Source: Bispira polyomma
Lineage: Eukaryota
Direction of reading: 5' to 3'
Assembly: GCA_965649765.1 (NCBI GenBank)
Contig: OZ287748.1
Location: 32,612,001 to 32,676,000, forward strand
Length of the DNA stretch: 64,000 bases
Positions 52,838-64,000 of the stretch are shown here, piece by piece (within the stretch, counting starts at the first letter, position 1; each line of letters starts with the position of its first letter). The position numbers were made by a program, and so were the translations under genes. The notes beneath the pieces were generated by a model. The model ran no database searches. It saw nothing but the letters and a program-made list of their open reading frames with translations, and was not told the DNA's origin.

Positions 52838-53492
52838 CTGTGCAGAAATTGAGGTAAAGGGTAGTTTAAGCTTTTAACCCCTGCTAAATCATTCAAGGAG
52901 AACCCAGTTAATATAGACACATTGGGATTAGTGAAATATGGCCTTGCTGGAATCTCTAGGGTGCTTGGAGTACTCTGTTAATCAAAATAGGGCCACACGT
53001 TTAAAACAAAAGGAAATGATGCAGTTTTCCCCCTTTGTCACAATTAGGTTTCTTTTCTTTGTTCGGAAGTAAATATTTTTACTTGTGACATTTCTTGTTT
53101 TGGAGATTTCAGAAGCCTTGTTATTGAATGTTATCTTATGTGAAGATCACATTTATACTTGTATGACATAAGCTGTATATATTAGTAAAATCCCTGTAAC
53201 AAAAACCTTAATACTGTATAAAGTATCATCAAATTAAATGAGCTCTAGAGTTATCTTGACACAAGGTTTAATACAATAAGAATACTGTATCAAAGGAAAT
53301 ATTAGCTTGGGAAAATATTTTAATAAGTTTACTGGCTATTTTTAGTTAAAAGTTAATTCCTAGTGAAAATTTCCACTTTTATAGCATACATTTTCTAAAA
53401 TGATGCAAGAAGGATAATCATCCCTCATTTCTTGAAAATCCAATTTCATGTTTTTATCTCACAAAATAAGCAAACAAAACCCCCATCTTCAG

Positions 53493-53732
53493 GTCCCCGG
53501 ACTGTAGCTGTGACTCCGGATCATCTGAGGAGGACATCAGTCCATCTCCGGTTGGTGGTGGTGGCGACGTGGGTCAGCAGCCACCGCAACAGGCTCTTTA
53601 CTCATTCACAGAGTCCCCTCATCAGCAGCATCTCCTCCGGAGTCAGCAGCAGCATCAGTTTACAAGTAGTCACTACCCAGAAGCAAGTGATGAAGAACTC
53701 CACTCAGTCCCCAATCATGAACACAGTGGCAG
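53493..53732 (+). CDS. Protocadherin cytoplasmic exon 2 (predicted)
   Basis: GC-richer island in an AT-rich intron; branch-like TCTCAC at ~53457 and acceptor CCCCATCTTCAG|G. Phase-2 join to exon 1 reads RSPDCSCDSGSSEEDISPSPVGGGGDVGQQPPQQALYSFTESPHQQHLLRSQQQHQFTSSHYPEASDEELHSVPNHEHSGR with no stop. End is CAG|GCACGT (53732) or CAC|GTAATT (53736). Confidence 0.8.
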
Positions 53733-54052
53733 GCACGTAATTGTGTGTCACTTGTACATATTTGTCATAAACCTCCTCCCCCCCCCCTCCCTTATTTGTC
53801 TAGTCTTGCCAAGGCTCAAATTGTAAAAACAACAAAAAATAGAAAATGCATATATCTTTTATTTAATCTTGAAAGCCCTAAAAATTGAGTGAATAGCTTA
53901 ATGAAGATAAATATATATCCATTATAAAGTGGGGGTATAATGTGTAAGTCCAAAAATTTTCTTGGTGTTTATTTTTTTTGCTGTATATGTTTTTATACTG
54001 GAAAGAATTCTAATTTATTTGGGTTGTACATCTCTTTTTTTTGCCCATATTG

Positions 54053-54221
54053 TGACTGCCAGATTTATTGGTGGAAGAAACTAGTTACTATTTTGTACTG
54101 GAAACCACCGACCGATGGCAAACTTTCTCACGTGAAGGAAGTAGTAAGATTCGACGCCACTGTCCTCAGAGGTCTAGTGTTATTTAAGCAGACGCCTATA
54201 ACCACTAATTCACCACCGCCT
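54053..54221 (-). mobile_element. SINE family 1-related, intronic
   Basis: CCAGATTTATTGGTGGAAGAAAC...AAACCACCGACC...AACTTTCTCACGTG...GATTCGAC...TAACCACTA. Confidence 0.65.
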
Positions 54222-56023
54222 ATTTGTACTGGGAAAGAAAATAGATTTTATAACAAAAGCAAAACATTCATAATTGAAATAAAGTTGAGCCTGAGCTTGG
54301 CTATATATTGATTGTCTCCCTCCTTTGCCTCTATATGCCCATTGGTGTGTGCTGAAATGTTGTTGTATTTAGTAGATTTTTATCTTGTGAAAGATGTGTA
54401 GTCTATTTTTGGCTTTGCATTAGTTCCATCCCTCCCACCTTTTGTCACAATTTATGTTCAATGTGTCCCAACCTGACCTATGTTCATGTATGACATTCAG
54501 CTGCTCTAAAATATATTAGACAACCTTCTATAAGAAACCTACTAATAATAAGGTAATGTGTTATTTACAGCAATGATATGTATTTTTGTCAAAATCTTTA
54601 TAGACACTTCTTGTTACCTAATATTGTGTTTGTAAATTTTTGGTAAACTTTAGCATTGCAAGAATAATAGTAATTACACATGTACATGAAATAAGCAGGT
54701 GAAAAAGGCTTTTTTTAAAACCCGGCTACTGCTACATTAAGCAGCTAAACCTAGGTCTACTCAGTACATTGCCATATCTCATTTGTTCTGTTTCTGGTAT
54801 CTTGCAATAAATAACCTTCAATAATGGAGATCAAAAAAAGAGATCATCATCACATATTTTTCAATTGGGGGCCAGTCAATTTGGTGTATAATATCCTTAA
54901 AAAAAATTGATGGTATATATGTAAAAAAAATTACTGACACATTTGAGTGATGCCACACTTTGGATAGTGCGGTCTAATATGTCCTTGGTGCTGTTAAAAT
55001 AAGTGCAGTTCTGTTTTTTATTAGTGACAGGACGACTAGCTGTAATGGCTTCCTAAAATGGTGCAATATGTATGATGATATGTCCCCAGTGCATGATTGT
55101 GGTTTTGTGTATCTGTGTTAATATGCCTGCTTCAATGGAAATGTGAATTGAATTAGTACATGTTGAACCATATAGACTGTCCTAATTGATGTGCAATTTT
55201 GTAATCGCCTCAAACATTTCCAAACTGTGTACAAAAGTTAGTAAATGTTATTCCCAGTATGGAATGTGTGTTGGAACTTTCCCTTTGATGGCTTTTGATG
55301 ACTACATTAGTGCATAGAAGTCACTTTTATTGAAGTTCTATCATACTTGTGACATGAATTCTTCTTTTAATCTAAATACCTGATACCTGCAAGCAATATG
55401 ATCGCTGTTAATCAAAGATAGTATCACTCCAAAGTCGTGACAATAATACACCTGCTGTAGCTATATAGAGACTAGGAGAACTACACATTGTCAATAAAGG
55501 ATTTATTTATTCATTCCAAGCAATATTCTAATTTTGTAAATATTAAAACAGAAGGTAATTTGTTGAGTATGCGCTTACTTGAGGGTAATTACTGAAATCA
55601 GGACAAAAAATTGATTGTGCTATTTTGGAGGGGGTCAAATGGAAGTTTCTATATGCATGAGATGTGGTATATGATGTAATATGCTAATGCTTATGGTGCC
55701 TAATGGCTGCAGAACTGATGGCTATGGTATAATACTAATCCTATCTCTATTGAGACTAAATGAAGACATACTGCTGTAATGAGGTTAGATTAGGCAGGGA
55801 TTCTAATTTAGGATTCTAGTGAATAAAACCAATAGACAAAATAACTGGTAGCTTTTCAGAAGTTTAGTTAGCTTTTGTGTTTTGTGGTTTCTTGCAGACT
55901 CTGCAGAATACTTGACATCATGAGAAGTATGTTTAAAGAATTACTATATGTCAAAATATTATTTTGTACCAAGAACTTTGTAATTATTCTCATATTTTTT
56001 TCTTTTTCGGCATACGACTTTGA

Positions 56024-56322
56024 AGGGCTTTATAGACCGCAGACTACATGACACAATATCATACTATAAGGGATGGCACAACACAGCACAGCATAACAGT
56101 ACTTTGTACACGACACTATAGTAATATATATTAACAATAGCTGTAGTTTTAAACATCATATAGATGCTGTACAACATAACCAACGGCACAACGTGTTATA
56201 CAGATTTCTCCAAGTTCAATTGCTATGCCGTTTCAGGAGCAGTCTGTATAATCGTTATCTATCTGCTTATTTCTCATAGTGATGTAGTGTCGTGTTGTTT
56301 AGTCGACGGTCCATATAGGCCT
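56024..56322. mobile_element. Decayed MITE in protocadherin intron
   Basis: Imperfect 23-bp TIR AGGGCTTTATAGACCGCAGACTA / TAGTCGACGGTCCATATAGGCCT; TSD not clear. Confidence 0.5.
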
Positions 56323-56520
56323 CATGGATATACTATAATGCTGATTCATTTCATAACCACAACTATTAAGAAAAATGTTTGTTGTTAGGATAGAGATATG
56401 TGACCTTTACTTACTGTAATTTTGACTTCTCAATTATCTGTACCCAAATACTGCAGTGAAGTGCAGTAATCTATGCTTATCTTTAGTGATACATAAGTCA
56501 AACAAATCCTTTCCTTTCTG

Positions 56521-56525
<5 letters not shown>

Positions 56526-56570
<45 letters not shown>
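56526..56570. repeat. (TA)n microsatellite
   Basis: Direct reading. Confidence 0.95.
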
Positions 56571-56573
<3 letters not shown>

Positions 56574-57411
56574 TTTTAGTGTGACACACATCACATCTAA
56601 GGGATATATGATATAACATCCTTAAAGTCATATACTGAGGTATTGGCTTGGATAAAGCAACAAGGATTAATGGTAGAGGTAGCATATGTGCAGTAAAAAA
56701 TGCTAAAATACAACATATAATTAGAAATCCTTACTGATAATAGCATTAGTAAAATAAATTCTAAATTACTGTGTAACTGTACTTATACTAACTATAATAT
56801 TTCCATTTTTTATTAACAGTAACAAGTTTCATTTACTGTTTGTACTGTCAAATGAAATGTAAAATAAGAAACCAGAACTAATCCCAGATTTCTAAGATGA
56901 TAATCACATCTGTATCACTTGTCAGTTGAACATAATTCTGTTTTCTATTTAATTCAAACTCTATGAGGTGCTTAAAATATCTACACGCAACTTTTAAGGC
57001 ACAGCATACACAATGTCAAACAGTCATAACTCTTTGAATCATAATTATGGTTCACAATCATTGAGCTTTTACCACAGTGATATATATCTTCTATCATTTC
57101 TGAACAAAATACTTAGGATTTACACTTCATATTCATTGGCCTTACAGGATACGGGGTAAATATTTATTTGGAAACTTTGAGATATCTAGTTAATTTAGGA
57201 GTTGACCCTTATTTGTTCCTTGTTTTCGAAGTTACTTAATCTGCTGTAAAGATACGTATTTTTTTCTAAAACGCATCTAAAAACAATAAATGGGTATTTA
57301 AAAATTTTTTACACAGAAATCCTTTTTTGAAAAAGTGATCTAATCATACTGCACATTCCTTCAATCCTTAAGACAAAATTGACATTGACGTACATTGTGC
57401 CAGTAGGGTTA

Positions 57412-57687
57412 AAGGGCGCCTCATACTTTCACGACCTAATAGTGATGCGTTGTCAATTCGACCCTTGCTTTTCTCGAACGTCCACCCCTTGTGATGCCAT
57501 GTGATGCATATTTAATGCAGACACTGCAGGTCAATTCTGCACTTTGCGATCTCGCTTGCGTTCTATGTGATTGCAACACATTCGAAACTTGATCGTGGGG
57601 AGAATATAGTGACACCAGCTTTGTGCAGCATTCTAACAGCAAACATGCAAGCGTCTCTTTTGGGGATTGCATACATGGGAGGCCTAC
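57412..57687. mobile_element. Possible old MITE
   Basis: CpG-rich patch with weak inverted ends (GGGCGCCTCAT / ATGGGAGGCC) and TTA on both sides. Confidence 0.3.
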
Positions 57688-60124
57688 TTAACTGGCTTAG
57701 GACACAACTAGTTTATGAGACAAGTGTTAGCTTTTAATTAAAGTCAGCTTAAGAGAAATGTGGAGATATATATATACATGTATGTAATTAACATAGATTT
57801 CACATTGTTACCTGAAAAAAAAAGATATTACTTCCAGAACAAATGACTACATTTGAACTTTATAAACAATGGTTGCATGTTATTTTTGTAAAACCATTGA
57901 CACATTTTCTGTATCAACGCAAGAAATGGTATTTAAAATGATGTCAGTGTTTTTAAAAGGCTTCATATTGTTTATAACCCTTACTTCCTTTTGTTGAAGC
58001 ATCATTTTGAAATCTTGTACTTGCAAAACGAACAATAGCAGCTTCACAAATCAATGGGGACTTTTAAAATGATAATGATATGGACAAAGGGTTTTAATGG
58101 CTAGAGGCATAGCCATTGTCCTAGCATAATGGACGACAATGGTAAGTTTCAAAGTGAGCAAAGTACTAATTCCAGTCTAAATATCTCATTAATCTTTATT
58201 GATATAATAGCAAAAAGCCGACGTAAGTGCATTTTATGTACACTCGGTAATGGGTGTGCTGTAAAAAAAAAAAAGGCTGGATACAGTAATGCCGTAAAAT
58301 TGTGCCAGGAAAAATATTTCTAAAGCTCCAAGTAATAGTGAGTTTATATTTAGTTTGAAGTGATACAGAAGGACAATACAACCCTGGCTACAAAATCCAT
58401 TTTATTTAAAACAGAATAGTCTATTTTTTCCATTTATATGTACACACATTGGAACAAGTTTATTTTTCTGGTAGATGTTTTTAATAGTATTACAGCATCA
58501 ACCATTGTAATAAGCCACATATATGAAGCTTTACATCTCCATTCTTTTCCTTTTATTTCACTTATCTTAGATCTCACAACAGCTGTACCATTCATTCAAC
58601 CTAATTCACTGTGTAAGGCTATATACAAATTTCAACTCAAGTTAAGTCCAATCTTAAAGCTAAATGATAACGCATGGCTAGGTAATGATGATGAAGACAT
58701 TTATAAGTTTCAGCTTGCCAAATATAAATGTCAACTCCTTTGTGTATTTATTGCTATTGCAGAAGACTCTTTTTACTGACACAAAGTTCGTAAACTAATT
58801 TTATTGACCAACCTTAACTTTGTGTTTTAGCATGACCCATCAAGTTCTATGTTCTTAGATCTACATCAAGTTTGAAATCCATCCTTGTTGAAATAAATGA
58901 AAATTTACTTCCCCTATGAGGCGATTAAGTCTGATATATGTCACTCTTGGAAGAGATTTAAGCCACATATATGTCATTTATGAGGTAACATATGGAATTG
59001 TAAAATCCAAAAGTGAACTGAGAGAATTTTGAATTGCAAAAAAATATGTATGGGTCTGTCATTTTTCTTTTTGATCACGTCTATAGAACTTTATAAATTT
59101 TGACTTTAAACCACTAAGATGGCCCTTTAAAACTACAAACATTTCAATGCTGAAATTATGCACAATATGGCAACATACATTACAAGAGTGATTACAGACA
59201 GTAAATTGTGATACACAGAGAATAAAAATCAATGACAATAAGAATTTAAATGACTGAAGCCAAAAGCCACAACAAAGCATCAGTTATTTGGTTGAGTTGC
59301 TCCATTGTCAACTAAGTTACTTTAATTTATTGACAAAATCGAACACTGAAGTAAATATTTTTGTTTTTTAAAATTAAAATACACGGCTAATAATGTAGAT
59401 TGGCTTGTTGGTGTTAGATTGGCATGTTCTATTTGTACAATTACATGTTTTATTCTGCTTTAATTTTTTTTTTTTTTTTGTTTAATTAGGAATTTTTGTA
59501 TTGACTATCGAAGGAATTTATTCACCCAAGTTCACATAAAACCAGTTCCAGTTGATTCTTCTAATTTGTTATTAATATGCATCTTGCTGAACCATAAAAT
59601 ATTACATTATGTTCCTTTCTGAAGGTCCTTACACAATCTGAGATCACTTTTTATACCTTTCAAGTAGAGTGGAAACACTGTTGTAGAAAAGTATTTTTCG
59701 TGGAGACAACAGGTGTAACTTGCTCATGCTGTTACTTGTATTATGAGGTTGATACTTAAGGGCATGGCAAAACTAGTCTCGTGCGGCATGATCCAAACAT
59801 TTTACTATCTGCCAAAAGTTCTATAAACTGTGACAAAAAAATATTTTGTCTCTGCATAGGTGGCATCCATTACAAATATTTTTACAAGATATATATTTCT
59901 AATTTTTGTCGAATTGTATGAGGATGCAGAGTAAAATTTGCATTTAGTAAAGGTGAGCATGTAGTAATTTTGTAGTAGTTCTTTGTCACACAACCATAGG
60001 CTCATTGGCAGTATAGTTTGCAATGTGTAAGCTCCATCTTATCTAGTCAAATTGTATGGTAAATAATGTGAGTTTTTAGATCACAAATTTCTTGGAACTG
60101 GTTTGCAAGAAGTCTCTGTCTTAC

Positions 60125-60206
60125 CCCAAATCACCCAGGATCTGGGGTTAAACCCAGATCCTCTGTGTTTCAAAGCGAGTATGTTACCCAAGAGGCCACA
60201 GTGAAA
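60125..60206 (-). mobile_element. SINE family 2 head fragment
   Basis: Reverse complement CACTGTGGCC...ACTCGCTTTGAAACACAGAGGATCTGGGTT matches ~22215-22270. Confidence 0.6.
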
Positions 60207-60950
60207 CAGGACCAAAATTAAAATTTCTTAAAATTTAAAAAAAGTAAAAAATAAAATTGGGTAAAATTAACACACAAACTGAAAACTTGCCACTTAGATA
60301 TATAAGTAATGTACAGGGTTGTGAGAGGCAATGTTTTGTTATATTCTATCATGTACACCATGCATAGTGAAATTAAAGAATCCTGGCACCTATTTGTTAT
60401 TTATGAATAGCTGAGTTTTATTAAAAGAGAACTGAACAACACTAGTCCATTCTCTATAACCCCTAGTTTCCCATTCACTTGTCAGAAGTCACTCACTAAG
60501 CATTTTAAAATTTCATGGCATTCAACTCTTTGTCACAGTAACTGTCTTCTTTTGAAAGCCTTTCTGATTGCATCAGTCTCTCGCTCTCTCGTTTTTATGT
60601 TTGCTAAGCAGATATCATTAGTTTCGAAGTATTACTGTTGCAAATTTTATGATTTTTCACAATGCTTTTTTTACCCTGAAGATAATAGGTAGTGCTAACA
60701 TAAAGGCTATGTAGATAAAGTAATGTAACACTTTTCTGATATCTTTCTTGTTAGTTGGGTTAAAAAAAACAAAACAACTATAATAGATAGTGAATGGACA
60801 TTTCCAGCACAGGAGTCCATGTCATGGCTTCAGATTATTGAGTGTAACAAAAAAAAAATGACTACCATTTCATCAATAATGCAGTATGCTTTATATCTAA
60901 CACTGCCTCCCTCTTAAAATGCATATCTATTATTATTTTTTATACAACAG

Positions 60951-61032
60951 GGGGATATCACTGATGGAGTATGATCCTACGCATGCGCAGACGCCCACCT
61001 GGAAGCCATCAACAGGACAGAATGCCAGCAAG
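60951..61032 (+). CDS. Protocadherin cytoplasmic exon 3 (predicted)
   Basis: Acceptor TTTTTTATACAACAG|G and donor AAG|GTAATT; 82 nt. Only phase-2 entry is open (GISLMEYDPTHAQTPTWKPSTGQNASK); the other two frames hit TGA within 8 codons. Confidence 0.65.
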
Positions 61033-61503
61033 GTAATTCACTTAAGAGTTTACACTGTGAAGAACAATACTAATGACCATCTAAGAGTAATGTACTGTAA
61101 ATATTAATTTAGGTATGCAAATCAAAGCAAATCCTCTCATCCCTTATACGGGTATGTTGATGGTTTTCCCTTTTTTGCACAATTAATTATCTTCAAAAGC
61201 ATATCAATCATAGGGAGCCTGTCATTAATGCTGCTTCACTAGTTCACAATCAACCCTGTACAATAGGTGGCCAGTTGTCCAGCCAGTGGTCACTCTGTTG
61301 GGGTGTTTTGTCTTCAATGGACCCGTCCCACTGGGGGTGTGGGGTTGGAGGGGGGGGGGGGGGGGGGGGTTGGTGGTTCTGCTTCTAATCAAGGGCTGTT
61401 GTGGCTTCTTCTGCTCCAATGTATTTCTTGCTTAAGGCTGTACAACACACACTCGCAGTCTATTACTCGTGTCCGTCTGATCATCCGTGTAAGGTCCAGC
61501 TGA

Positions 61504-61663
61504 NNNNNNNNNNNNNNNNNNNNNNNNNNNNNNNNNNNNNNNNNNNNNNNNNNNNNNNNNNNNNNNNNNNNNNNNNNNNNNNNNNNNNNNNNNNNNNNNN
61601 NNNNNNNNNNNNNNNNNNNNNNNNNNNNNNNNNNNNNNNNNNNNNNNNNNNNNNNNNNNNNNN
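61504..61663. other. Assembly gap
   Basis: N run. Confidence 1.
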
Positions 61664-63088
61664 ACACATACTAATGACTGTGTCACTGTAATGGATGGAA
61701 AAGGGTCCTTTATTATCTTGGTCACTCAAGAAACTACTGACCAGTCACTCTACTGTGCTTCTTTAGATTATCTGGTTATACCACTTTAAGGGTCGTGGCT
61801 CTTTTCAGTTTTAGCTTAAACTTATCATGGTAAACATTATCATTATTTTTTGGCTTTAAATTGAGGTTTTATGTTAAGAAGACATTATAACCTTAATAAA
61901 ATCAAATATTTAATATTTATGCTTTCTTAACTAAATAAGAAACAACTTTTCGTTTCGGAGTTGCTGAGTTAAACTGTGAGCCAGTTGTACTTAAGATAGT
62001 AATAAAAGCAACTTTGCAAATTCATCAAGAAATTTGTTTTAAAGCCCTACGCCTCAAGGAACTAATTAGATAGTTTGAATGATCACTAATCCATCATGTA
62101 GAGTACTGCCCACAATTATAAACAACCCTCACTAGGCTTGTTTCTACCAATTGACCATCAGTTTATTAATGCTCCCTGAATGACCATTAATGGCAGTAAA
62201 TGTAGGGTTATGAAAGGCTTAAAGGAGACCTTTATTTATGGACAGCACGATAGGATAGCCTTGTATCCCGGATGGTGATAAATCCCTATGATAACTGGGA
62301 AGATACGACTCTTATAATAAGTAAATGGTTTAATAATTAGCCCTACTAAGGCCTAATCTGGCAAATTACTTTGGCCATAGGATGCTCTCTGCTGAGATAT
62401 CATATATAGGCAAATCTGTGATGACTGTGGTTCCTAGTTTACCTGTTAAAAACAGCTAAAGAAAACATCTCTTTCGTGCCAGAGTTAATCTGTTAGATAT
62501 TAATATACCTATGTAAATAATTATAATTATTATTGAAATTAACAGTTCGCTCATTGACAAAACAACAAAATAGATGTTTCTACTGATTGAGAAAAAAAAA
62601 CATACAACAAGATAAACAAATTTTAAATTTTGATAAACATCATTTTGATAAACAAATCCATTTTTATACAGAAGAATCACTTGAATTATCTGTGGAAGGC
62701 AATAAGGATATAATCAGTTGCTAGTCCACTTCAAGCCTGGGAAAGATTAAAATGGTTCATTTTGATGTGATAAGGGTTTTTGTCATTCATTGAAAGGGTC
62801 AACAGGAACGTTAAAGATAGTTAGGATACCATACCCCTTTTATATATCACCAAAGGGAGCTGTCCTTATTGATAGTAGAAATATACAGAGTCTTTCTACC
62901 AGTAGAGAAAGTTTTATCCCAGTTTTAATCAGGCACCCTCAATTTTACACAATATAAGTATGATTCATCAGTGTTTATGTCTTAATACATTAAAAGATAA
63001 AACTCTGTTGGTAGCAGCAATGTCTTCATATGTGCAATTTATGCTTAAGGTTCTCCACTTTTTGCTGTGGCAATGTTGAGAAGAGTTA

Positions 63089-63662
63089 AGGGCTTTACAG
63101 ACTGAGTCCGGCTGGAAGCGATACAGCACTACCAAATCATATTCCAACAGTTATCCGATGCAAGAAGTATATGCATACCCAAAAGCGACACAATATATAG
63201 AATATCTTAATATTAATGTGTAGTTAGATCACATGACTATATTTATGTGTGACCAGCACCATTCAACCGTAAGAAAATAGAAAAATTTCAAAATTAAGCT
63301 ACTGCCCTGCATTGTAAATTGATGATCTGTATTGCATAGTAGTTTATTATGGTATATATATATATTATTATTGATTTATTAGTCTACATTTCCATGTTGG
63401 CAATGGCAATTAGCCGAAGACAATCGACAAATTTTTGTGTTTTCACTACTATAAGCCCAAAACGTATCTTGCATTGACCGCCGCCTAACAGCATTGCGCA
63501 CATAAAAAGAGATACTTATAAATCAATGAAACTAAAAAAAATTACCATCAGCCGTTGTCTGATCGCCTCAGAAAATTGTTTGAATGGAAAAAACATCCAC
63601 TTATTGCTCTAATTTTGTTGCATCGCACTGTATCACACGTAGCTTTGAGTCTGTAAAGGGCC
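63089..63662. mobile_element. Harbinger-type MITE
   Basis: TIRs AGGGCTTTACAGACT / AGTCTGTAAAGGGCC with TTA/TCA flanks. Confidence 0.6.
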
Positions 63663-64000
63663 TCACTATGGTTTGCAAGTTGAGTTTGAGCAGAGCTGTT
63701 TTTTAGAACAACTTGACCTTTTATGGATGCCTCATGCTCATTGTGTTTTCAGATGATTTATATAATGCTCATTGTCATGTTTATTGTGGATGATAATTTA
63801 TGACATGCTCTTAGTGTGGCTTCATTTAGATACAATGCAGGAAAATAGAGAAAACAAAAGTAAGAATATTAAAAAAGAACGTGTAAATTAAACATTTAAA
63901 GTCTTTTGTTGGTAAAATCCAGCCTGATGAGAAGCCGGAAATTTGCCCAAAAACAATAAATACCTCGTAAATTGTTTTGAATTTATATCTGCTATCACCA

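Noticed and set aside
61225-61503. Minus-strand KKYIG word suggesting a GIY-YIG/Penelope fragment
   Set aside because: Single short word without the other motif residues; truncated by the gap.
63101-63223. Phase-0 open frame after TTTACAG (TESGWKRYSTTKSY...) as protocadherin exon 4
   Set aside because: The AG lies inside the left TIR of the 63089-63662 MITE and the pyrimidine tract is poor.
63753-63803. Acceptor TGTGTTTTCAG followed by MIYIMLIVMFIVDDNL*
   Set aside because: AT-rich, hydrophobic and unlike a protocadherin tail; no supporting evidence.
63924-63945. CTGATGA...GAAA hammerhead ribozyme core
   Set aside because: Stem II does not close correctly and no stem I/III pairing was found.

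Overview
AT-rich eukaryotic scaffold with three N gaps, from an invertebrate that is most likely a lophotrochozoan/mollusc (inferred from SINE types and protocadherin style). There is one host gene, a + strand delta-type protocadherin. Its signal peptide, 7 cadherin repeats, TM helix and juxtamembrane YNCR motif all lie in one 2.6-kb exon (46804-49436). Small cytoplasmic exons are predicted at 53493-53732 and 60951-61032, and the gene probably continues past the window. The exon 2 to exon 3 join is in frame only through a non-canonical GC donor. A competing GT donor 4 nt away, a candidate alternative terminal exon (51431-51554) and intron read-through could give several cytoplasmic tails. The first 45 kb have no recognisable host exons and are full of transposon remnants: a decayed 2.9-kb PIF/Harbinger element with a transposase pseudogene, several Harbinger-type MITEs sharing a ~33-bp internal palindrome, Helentron-associated (HINE-like) elements, three tRNA-headed SINE families, L2 LINE fragments and minisatellites. 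All calls were made by eye; TE family names and exon structure need database and RNA-seq confirmation.
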